A stretch of 64,000 nt of DNA, taken from a phage. Positions 1-7,601 of this stretch are shown here, piece by piece. The DNA is taken from assembly GCA_012401045.1 (NCBI GenBank), contig GCA_012401045.1_4704.1; one strand, given 5' to 3'. The notes under the pieces are model-generated. The model was not told the origin of the DNA. It made no database searches and was given only the letters and a program-made list of their open reading frames with translations. Position 1 is the first letter of the stretch, and each line of letters begins with the position of its first letter. The position numbers were made by a program, and so were the translations under genes.

Positions 1-26
1 AATCCGTTCCTTCGCTAACGTTGCTG

Positions 27-434
27 TTAGTTTGGCGCGCCTTCATTTACTTCCTCCTGCCACTTGATAAAATTACCACGCTCGGATCGCAGAACACCAC
101 CCAGATCGTACGATATACCTTTCTCTGTGACAATCCCCCCAATCTGGAGATCAACACGTTCCGTCGTCGGATCGATATACTTGACACGGACTTTCAATTC
201 CACGCGATCGTAATAACGCATTAAATAATCATACAACATCCGGTACGTCGCATCTTCCAATTTGGGTGCGCTATACTGCGACGTTGCAATGAGGTACGGT
301 AGTGAAACGATGGAACCTTGATAGCAATACGACTGGGAATAATTCGATATTGCGAAATTGGTCATTAACCCATCCAGCTTTTTACCCGACGCGGTTAAAA
401 AGCTCGACAGTCCCGGTAACGGATTCGATGCCAT
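27..434 (-). CDS. hypothetical protein (135 aa)
   Basis: ORF track; ATG start; part of compact minus-strand gene block; no recognisable motif. Confidence 0.5.
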   Translation of the reverse strand: MASNPLPGLSSFLTASGKKLDGLMTNFAISNYSQSYCYQGSIVSLPYLIATSQYSAPKLEDATYRMLYDYLMRYYDRVELKVRVKYIDPTTERVDLQIGGIVTEKGISYDLGGVLRSERGNFIKWQEEVNEGAPN

Positions 435-447
435 GAGGAACTCCTCT

Positions 448-897
448 TTAAGCGTAATTCATTCCAACCAATCTATCGTAGTTAGGCATATGCCCTAACT
501 CCAGTTCGACGGGCATGGATACATTGGTGCGTGGTGCGTAAAATGTTCGCGTATGCATATCGATATACCCACAGTCCAAATAAACAATATCGGACAACTC
601 CGTCGGATGTTTAGGTGCGGGAATCTTTAGTCGATTATAACACTCAAGCTGCCACCAGGCATGAAAAAAGTTATTGTAGGCGTACGATTTACTGTTGGCA
701 ATTTTAAGACCGTAGATCACCCATAACGCCGCCATGAAGTTGGTCGCATTAATTCGCATCGGTTGTTCATTATTGAGCATGTACGTGTAGGTAAACAACG
801 GTGTGTTACCATCACCGAAACGTCCGACCAAGGTATTGTTCGTGTGTTCGACCTCAAAGGAAAAATGCTGGCTGCTATTGCCATCAAAATGGATCAT
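448..897 (-). CDS. hypothetical protein (149 aa)
   Basis: ORF track; ATG start; 13-nt spacing to downstream gene. Confidence 0.5.
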   Translation of the reverse strand: MIHFDGNSSQHFSFEVEHTNNTLVGRFGDGNTPLFTYTYMLNNEQPMRINATNFMAALWVIYGLKIANSKSYAYNNFFHAWWQLECYNRLKIPAPKHPTELSDIVYLDCGYIDMHTRTFYAPRTNVSMPVELELGHMPNYDRLVGMNYA

Positions 898-948
898 TCC
901 GTTCTCCTCAAGCTTTTCATTTCATAGAGTGGTGGAAATTCGTAGAAA

Positions 949-997
949 GTTACAAAAATAAAAAAGAATGGGCAGCCCCTCCCCACCCGAAGGTAGG
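949..997 (-). terminator. intrinsic terminator candidate
   Basis: Minus RNA hairpin CCCUACC-UUCG-GGUGGGG followed by U-rich run; downstream of CDS 1016..1480. Confidence 0.5.
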
Positions 998-1015
998 GAG
1001 AGACCGCAAATATAC

Positions 1016-1480
1016 TTAAACCAAAGCTGCGATAACGTCGTTAACATTACGGCCTCGCAACTCTGCCGCTAAACGAATAACTTCATCCAGGGAACGGTTT
1101 GTACGAATCTTGGCCACTTTCCAATTTTCAGGATACTGTTCGAAGTTAAGCAACCAAGTCATTACCTTTGCTTGTTCCATACCGTTGAGTTTGATTGTCG
1201 TGCGCGGATTGGCTTTGAACCACTTCTTGCTCAGCTGCGCCATACGGCGAACAGGGTAAGCGTAAGCGCGAGTCCAGTCTTTGGACAGATTGTCGAGTAA
1301 TTCACAGTAGCTGCTGTCGTAGTCTTTATTGATACGACGTAATAACCAGTTGGCGGTCATCTGATAAAGTTTATCATCTTCACGTAACCGCATACCTGCT
1401 ACTGCTAAATAAATGATAAGACCTGCGCCCAGGATGAGAGACAGGATAAACAGAATTTGGGTTTCTTGTGCTAAAGTCAT
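1016..1480 (-). CDS. hypothetical membrane protein (154 aa)
   Basis: ORF track; N-terminal hydrophobic helix ILFILSLILGAGLIIYLAVAGM; followed by hairpin plus U-run. Confidence 0.55.
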   Translation of the reverse strand: MTLAQETQILFILSLILGAGLIIYLAVAGMRLREDDKLYQMTANWLLRRINKDYDSSYCELLDNLSKDWTRAYAYPVRRMAQLSKKWFKANPRTTIKLNGMEQAKVMTWLLNFEQYPENWKVAKIRTNRSLDEVIRLAAELRGRNVNDVIAALV

Positions 1481-1599
1481 TTTACTATCCTCGGATTTCG
1501 TTAGGATTTAATTTCCAATATAAGGGCAATGTGATATGCCTTATACAGTCGATTGATGTTGTACATCACTTAAGTAATATAGCCGTGAAAAATGTTGGA

Positions 1600-2436
1600 T
1601 TAACGTGTTCTCCTATCACGATGCGTATACGACTGAAGACCGATGTCCATATGCGGTAACGTCAGCGTCTGCCAGATCTGTCGTGCGTAACGATCGAGCG
1701 TATGATCATCAGTAACACAATCGACGGGTTCGATGAGGTGAGTCGTATACTGGCTTTTCTCAGAGAAAGGTTCGATGTTAGCTGTATCGCCTAATCCGCT
1801 TTTCACCGTGAAGACAAGACGTGTGACGATCATCGCCTTATGCTGCTGTTCATTATAACGAAGGCTGCGGTATACGGCATAGCTTCCTCCTTTTAGGCTT
1901 CGGGTATAACGAAGGTCGGAGGTCGTCTCGGAAATCTGATACAGCATCCAGTCCAACGTATCACGCCAGTACGCATCATCCACATCAGGAACCGTAATAC
2001 CGTACCGCGTAGGCAGCAATTCTAAAAGCAATTTATAAAGTCCGCGACGTAAGCCATGCTCTTCTGTTTCCGATAAACCGTTTCCAACATAACGTGAAAT
2101 ACGCGTACGTAAATACGTACGGATGAACATATTCGCCATCAGTGTTTTCACTCTGCTACTGGTATCCTCAAAGCGATCAACGCTGAAACTCGTTTCAATC
2201 AGCCGTCCATTAAAATACAATGCAGCAACATACATCGCGTTATTACTATCACGTTCAATGTTTAAACGACCGCAGATATTAGCCGCATCGTTCATGGTAA
2301 ATTCTAATTTATCGTGTTCGATACGATAGATAATATCCTCTTGGGTTGCCAGGCTCGCAATGCGACGGTAGCCCGGAGAAGTACGTTTTACACTCATAAT
2401 TGTCCTCGTTTTCAATTTTAAGATTGCATGCGGCAT
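1600..2436 (-). CDS. hypothetical protein (278 aa)
   Basis: ORF track; ATG preceded by GGAGG (part of a GC hairpin arm). Confidence 0.6.
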   Translation of the reverse strand: MPHAILKLKTRTIMSVKRTSPGYRRIASLATQEDIIYRIEHDKLEFTMNDAANICGRLNIERDSNNAMYVAALYFNGRLIETSFSVDRFEDTSSRVKTLMANMFIRTYLRTRISRYVGNGLSETEEHGLRRGLYKLLLELLPTRYGITVPDVDDAYWRDTLDWMLYQISETTSDLRYTRSLKGGSYAVYRSLRYNEQQHKAMIVTRLVFTVKSGLGDTANIEPFSEKSQYTTHLIEPVDCVTDDHTLDRYARQIWQTLTLPHMDIGLQSYTHRDRRTR

Positions 2437-2438
2437 AA

Positions 2439-2464
2439 ACCCTCCCCGCCTTATGCAGGGAGGG
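2439..2464 (-). terminator. intercistronic CCCTCCC/GGGAGGG hairpin
   Basis: Between CDS 2480..3118 and 1600..2436; 3' arm overlaps the SD of the downstream gene. Confidence 0.35.
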
Positions 2465-2479
2465 TAGCCATTAAATGGA

Positions 2480-3118
2480 TTAACCTAATTTACCACCGGC
2501 GATGTTGGTGAAATCTTCGCCATCAGGAACTTGCAGTAGGATACGTGCCATGTCCCAGTTGGTTAATGTAATTGCTTTATCATCGATACTCAGTTCTGGT
2601 AGGTCGAGTTCATGATCATCAAACTCGTAGGAAATACTCCACGTTTCATCTGTTTTAGGATCGGTTATCAACACACCGTCTGTTACACGCATGTAGTCCG
2701 GGTGCAGTTCATTACTGAATGTGCTGAACGGATCGGTGTAACATTCAGCATATCCCTCGATCTGCTGACGCTGTGCCTTCGTACGTAATTCAGGGCACGC
2801 CATGATCAGTTGTCGAGATATACCGTTTGCGGCACGGAAGTCTTCCACGGTGTTACATGGCATAACCACATCGTCATGGAAGATGTTCTCCGATTGTCTC
2901 AACAGCGTCTTACGGAGTTCAGCATAGTTTATCTGATTGAATGCGTCGAACGTTGCTAACGATTCAGCGTAAAAATGCTTTACGTGTTCGCTTGCGCCGC
3001 CGAGGCTATTCATCAACTTGTGACCGTACTCCATGAAGCTTTTATCGAGACCGGAGGACATTTCTCCGAACCTCAGTGCACGATAACTGTCTCGTCCACC
3101 TGTAAATATTTGCGCCAT
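2480..3118 (-). CDS. hypothetical protein (212 aa)
   Basis: ORF track; ATG with AAGGAGG SD 7 nt upstream; immediately downstream of the split beta' gene. Confidence 0.6.
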   Translation of the reverse strand: MAQIFTGGRDSYRALRFGEMSSGLDKSFMEYGHKLMNSLGGASEHVKHFYAESLATFDAFNQINYAELRKTLLRQSENIFHDDVVMPCNTVEDFRAANGISRQLIMACPELRTKAQRQQIEGYAECYTDPFSTFSNELHPDYMRVTDGVLITDPKTDETWSISYEFDDHELDLPELSIDDKAITLTNWDMARILLQVPDGEDFTNIAGGKLG

Positions 3119-3133
3119 TACAGGCGTCCTCCT

Positions 3134-5359
3134 TTAGCAATGGTTGTTAGTTGCTTCTATTTCATCAAGATACGGTTCTACGTCATCGCCCTCCACGAAT
3201 TCGTTGAACCAACAGTCAATGGTAGAAATAACCGGCGACTGGTGTTCACATTTCTTAGATACCTTAAAAGGTACGTTATTATCCATCATACCGAGTTCGG
3301 GTCGAAAACGCCCGAAATGTTTCGCAGTCCAAATGTCTGGGACGATATGGTTGTTCATCGTAGTGTTCAGCATGAGTCGCTACCTCATACCCGCAGCTTT
3401 ACCTGCAGCTTCCGGTGTTACCGGAATGTCCAGAATATATCTTATCCATATTCCAAATGGAACGTAGGACTTCCGCGCTGGATCTCGCTTGAGACCACGT
3501 ATTCGTTGAACGTTCTCCTGAACGGAGCTTCGCTGCTGATCGAACATTGTCACGTACGGTAGGCATCCCCGAAGGGATTGTCATTGAAGCCGCGTACATC
3601 CGCTACCTTGTTTCTACCTTATCGGTTCCTCTTACGAGGCGTAGCAGCCTTAGCCCTTCCCAGCAATTCACGGAATCCAAGCTCTTCCTTTCGGAAGGCA
3701 GGGCCTATGATTAAGCGTCACCGTCGCTGTTTATCGACTATATCTTCATCCTCGTTGCGAGGAGTCTCCCGTTTTGGTCTGTGTTTAACAGAGCCTACTC
3801 TACTCGACATCGCGTCTTTCGATAGTCTGTGAGCACACATCTTAACAAACATTCGTGGATTCCTAAACAGGTGAATGTTCTTGTTGAGATGCTTCGCTGC
3901 GGATTATTCCCGTCCTACCTCTTTTACCGTACCCAGTTCATTACGCTGGCCCTCATCTATGTCACCACGATGAGTTGGTGTGTAGTCCGATTACAGAAAC
4001 TTCCCGTCAATTAGAGAGCTTTAACTACGTTCCTGTTACCAGAAACCCGACTCCGACGGCATCAATAAATCAACATAAGTTATTGATTTAATTGAAAAAA
4101 CTGAAGTCGGCATTATAACCTTTGAGGATCATCACGCTTAACCCGATGGTGTTATCCTGCGGATCGCGTTTAACCTTGGTGATTTCAAGACATTGGTTAC
4201 TGCTTCGGTCAAGTGATGGGTTTCGAACAAAGCCGCACACAATCCCATCGAACGGTGTATCAGCAATAAGCTCATCGTGCAGCTCGCTCATCATCGGATG
4301 ATAATTACGGACATGTTCCGCAACGAACGCACGCGCTGCTCTCGGTGAATAACCACGATGGAATAACTTGGATTGGATATGTTCTTTATTGGTTAAAGTA
4401 AATGGTGCGTATGGGAAATGCAGATGATAATAACGATGGTTCGCTGTTATCGAACTGATTACGGTACGCGTGGTGAATGGATGTAATGTACCTAATATGT
4501 TTTTACGTGTAATACCTTTCTTCTTACCGATGAACTCATCGAAAATCGCCGCGTGGTATTGCAGTAGCTTCAATTGCACTTTCGCCATCCAGTTTTCTTT
4601 CTTTCTGGCGCTCAAAGGTGTTGTTGGATGATAGATACTGTTCAACGTACCGATAGCATCGATCGCACCTTCCATTTTGCTATCCGCATAACGACCGGTT
4701 GGCGTATTCTCGATAACGAACATCATGGCCGCAGGAAAGCTGATATACTGACTGAAGAACTTATCACGATGGATACGGATGAATTCTCGTAGCGTGTCAA
4801 CTTTCTCCGTGTTCTTCGGTCCACGTAACGTCGGTCCTTTATACAAGATCTCCATGATGCGATCGAAGTTCTGTATAAAACTATTTACACCGCGACGTAT
4901 CCCGAATACATCGAATTGCTGCTCCAGATAGTTCTTGAGTTCGATGGGTCGTTTTACATTTGGACGGTAACTGGCATCAATGAGCCACGTCATCGTTTCA
5001 AAGCTTTTGATATTCAACTCGCTTGCCAGCACGAGATGGACCAACGGGTTAATGAACGCATCGATTCCTTCAGGAACACGCGCCCAAACCGTCGAACGAA
5101 TCTCCTGTTCTGCCGGGTAGGTCACAACCGTTTTACAGTTTGGACACACCGTGCCGAGTAGCTCACCACGATTGTAGAAACCACAACCACACTGTGGTGT
5201 GATATCCAGCGTATCGCTGGAGTAAACACGGGTGATAAAACTGTTTAATTTCTTCTTCTCTTCGACGACTTTTGTATCGTAATCATTCAACAAAATCGGC
5301 GTAAAAGGAAGTTCTGCGAGCTGTCTATCGAAACTCACGATATCGAGCATGATGGCCAT
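3134..5359 (-). CDS. RNA polymerase beta' subunit, N-terminal fragment (non-virion-type); coding sequence interrupted: exon 1 4104..5359, candidate micro-exon 3714..3726, exon 3 3134..3367 (spliced product about 500 aa)
   Basis: Exon 1 has zinc-ribbon CGCG...CPNC, RKNILG...TRTVIS and ends ...GYNADF (RpoC-like); downstream frame has HIVPDIW...GMMDNNVP; AGGAGA SD before ATG 5359. Confidence 0.7.
3368..3713 (-). ncRNA. group I intron B (candidate, ORF-less, about 346 nt)
   Basis: Minus-strand elements AAUUGCUGGGAAG (P), AUCAGCAGCGAAGC (Q), GUUCAGGAGAAC (R-like), AUAAGAUAUAUUCUGGAC (S); GAAA-capped hairpin; boundaries uncertain. Confidence 0.5.
3714..3726 (-). other. candidate 13-nt micro-exon CGACGGUGACGCU supplying (F)-D-G-D-A of the beta' catalytic loop
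   Basis: Lies between omega-G of intron A and the second intron; in frame with exon 1; P10 pairing CGACGG with guide CCGUCG. Confidence 0.45.
3727..4103 (-). ncRNA. group I intron A (ORF-less, about 377 nt)
   Basis: Minus-strand P AAUUGACGGGAAG, Q AAUCCGCAGC, R CACAGACUA, S AAGAUAUAGUC in canonical order; guide GGAGUCGG pairs exon end CCGACUU with U.G at splice site. Confidence 0.75.
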
Positions 5360-5401
5360 GGGGTATCTCCTACAAATGAAAAAGAACGTTAGGACGTATA
5401 A

Positions 5402-5425
5402 GGGAGGGAGGTTGCCCTCCCTCCC
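5402..5425 (-). terminator. terminator hairpin downstream of chimallin candidate
   Basis: Perfect 10-bp GGGAGGGAGG/CCTCCCTCCC stem with 4-nt loop; U-rich tail on minus strand. Confidence 0.55.
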
Positions 5426-5451
5426 GTCAGATTACATCGAACGTTCTTCCA

Positions 5452-7347
5452 TTAGAACAGATTGAATGCCCCACCCATGTTGTTAACGCCAACATTCGGA
5501 CGATCGCTACGTGCGTAGATGTTACCGGAGATGTTACCCAGACCACGAGCACGTGCTGCCATGTTACCACGAACAGCGGTACCTGCCAGATGCTGGATGT
5601 TCTCAGGACGGATGGTGAAGCCAGCATCAGCAGCGGCTTCGATCAGCGCCTGCAGTGCTAACGGATCGAAGTCGTAACGCATTGCCCAGCCGGTTTGTTC
5701 CCAGCTACCAGACAGAACACGATCGATGATTTCGTGACGAGCGACAACACGCTGAGACATCGTCATATCGGTACGGTCGAAGCTGTCTTCCCAAGCTTCT
5801 ACGGTATCCGGGTTAGTGATGTTCATCATGTACAGATCGTCCATATCACGAATATCGTGACGGTGACCATCCTGGTGGTTGTAGTGACCCAGCGGGATAC
5901 GGTTACCGGTAGCGTAGACCAGCGGTTGGCCGTATTGATATTTCTTGCTGAAGCAACCCAGGGTAACATCATCGAACGCACGGAAGAGGGCTTTGTAACC
6001 TTCGGAGATTTCACGGACTTCACCTTCAACTTTGCCCGTATAGATCTTCTCAGCCGCCGGGATCATACGCAGCAGCCAGCTGTACTCACCTTCTTCCGGT
6101 ACGTCGATAGAAATCAGCAGAGACGGATACAGTACCTGTTGCAGGAACTTGTAAATCTGCTCGTTGGTTTGAGTAGACAGATCCAGCGGTGCGGTAACTT
6201 CCGGATCCAGTACCATCGCCAGAGCACCCGGGTTATGCGGACCAATACCACGGGCAGCGTTGCTGATTAAAGACTGTGCCCACGCCATACCGCTGTTCAG
6301 CGTAGCGATGGTGCCAATCAGACCCAACACGAAAGTGTTCGGTGTGAACGCATCCAGCTCCAGCGGGTAAGCGCTGGTCATCACGTAACGCGGCTGGTAT
6401 TGTACAGTCGGCGGTACCGGATAACCGTTAACCAGAACAGGGCCTTGGTTGAAGGTCGGGTTCTGCGGGCTGTAAGTCAGGTCAATGTAACCGGTGGTGG
6501 CGACCAGACGCTGTTGACTATCGTAATCGCTCATCGCTTGACGGATGCGGTTAGAGATAGTTACAGTGATGTCAGAACGCACAGGGTTACCAACAATATC
6601 GCTGTCCTGCATACCGCTGGTGTTGTACTGAACGCTGCTGATTGGCTGATCGCTTGCCATCATGCCCAGGTTGAACTGCGGCAGACCCAGTTTATCACCG
6701 AGACGGATTTCGATCGCGGTTTGGATTGCGTTATCTGCAGCAGACAGCAGGGTGGTTGCCAGATGCGCAGATTCAGCGGTGATTTCATTGGTCACCACAG
6801 CCAGACCAGCGATACGAACAGTACCGTTAGACTTACCGCCAATAGCTGAGTACATTGCCGCCATGACTTCGTTGATGAACGTACCGTTCAGGTTATCAAC
6901 CCAGGTACGCGGTACCAGAATGTTACCATGCGGACCTTGTTCTTCACGACGCGGCAGCGGAGCCAGACCAGCAACCAGCGGAAGCACATAACCAAAGAAG
7001 TGGTTATGGTCACCAACTTTTGCACCACTCATAACGACCAGGGTCGGATACGGTACGCTGTACTGGTTCGGGTCAACCGCAACAAAGATGAAGTCGTTTT
7101 TGAACTGGGTATCTTCCAGATATTTCTCCATCAGACGACGGAGATTCAGTACCTGCTCGGAGCCAGTATTACGGCTAATACGACGGCTCAGTGTACGGTT
7201 GATCGTACGCATCGTATGAGTTACTTTAGGCTGGCCAGCAAAATCTGCAGCGGTTTCCAGCGCCTCATCAGCACGTTGTGCGGTGCGGGTTTCAGCTGCA
7301 CGAATTTCTACATTATCGTTACCGTTATTACGTACGTCTAAGCCCAT
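5452..7347 (-). CDS. chmA: putative phage-nucleus shell protein (chimallin-like), 631 aa
   Basis: Size and position immediately upstream of beta' gene as I recall for phiKZ gp54/gp55; strong SD AAGAGGAA; TATATTACCT promoter motif 73 nt upstream; no motif-level confirmation. Confidence 0.45.
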   Translation of the reverse strand: MGLDVRNNGNDNVEIRAAETRTAQRADEALETAADFAGQPKVTHTMRTINRTLSRRISRNTGSEQVLNLRRLMEKYLEDTQFKNDFIFVAVDPNQYSVPYPTLVVMSGAKVGDHNHFFGYVLPLVAGLAPLPRREEQGPHGNILVPRTWVDNLNGTFINEVMAAMYSAIGGKSNGTVRIAGLAVVTNEITAESAHLATTLLSAADNAIQTAIEIRLGDKLGLPQFNLGMMASDQPISSVQYNTSGMQDSDIVGNPVRSDITVTISNRIRQAMSDYDSQQRLVATTGYIDLTYSPQNPTFNQGPVLVNGYPVPPTVQYQPRYVMTSAYPLELDAFTPNTFVLGLIGTIATLNSGMAWAQSLISNAARGIGPHNPGALAMVLDPEVTAPLDLSTQTNEQIYKFLQQVLYPSLLISIDVPEEGEYSWLLRMIPAAEKIYTGKVEGEVREISEGYKALFRAFDDVTLGCFSKKYQYGQPLVYATGNRIPLGHYNHQDGHRHDIRDMDDLYMMNITNPDTVEAWEDSFDRTDMTMSQRVVARHEIIDRVLSGSWEQTGWAMRYDFDPLALQALIEAAADAGFTIRPENIQHLAGTAVRGNMAARARGLGNISGNIYARSDRPNVGVNNMGGAFNLF

Positions 7348-7416
7348 TTGGGATTCCTCTTTTCTTAAACTTTATTAAATGACGTCATTGAATCAGCTTC
7401 TACTCGCTCATTCACC

Positions 7417-7428
7417 TAGGTAATATAA
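7417..7428 (-). promoter_or_regulatory. candidate early promoter motif TTATATTACCTA
   Basis: Exact TATATTACCT also at 36381..36392 and 59085..59096, each 70-125 nt upstream of a minus-strand ATG. Confidence 0.5.
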
Positions 7429-7601
7429 CCCTGAAATTTTTTTCAATATTGGTGTAACCACATTGAACGATATAAACCCCTAGGCGAACGCTGCCGAGAA
7501 GCAACATTCTTTCTACATATAATCAGGATATGTCTGTAAACTTTTACTTCTCTTATTGAGAGTAAAGTCATATCCGTTTACTACCTTCTTACGGAGTTCG
7601 T

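Noticed and set aside
3134-3373. 79-aa ORF as an independent small gene unrelated to RNAP
   Set aside because: Its sequence aligns with the region following DFDGD in the beta' paralog and in bacterial beta'; kept only as an alternative translation-start model
2975-3562. 195-aa plus-strand ORF spanning the intron B and exon 3 region
   Set aside because: Lies antisense to the beta' exon and a structured intron; translation is compositionally non-protein-like
3399-3599. 66-aa ORF inside intron B as a possible homing endonuclease
   Set aside because: No HNH, GIY-YIG or LAGLIDADG features, no SD, Ser/Arg-rich; overlaps the intron's Q and R elements
5695-6270. 191-aa plus-strand ORF inside the chimallin candidate
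   Set aside because: Antisense shadow ORF of a strongly coding minus-strand gene; His/Val/Thr low-complexity translation, no start signals
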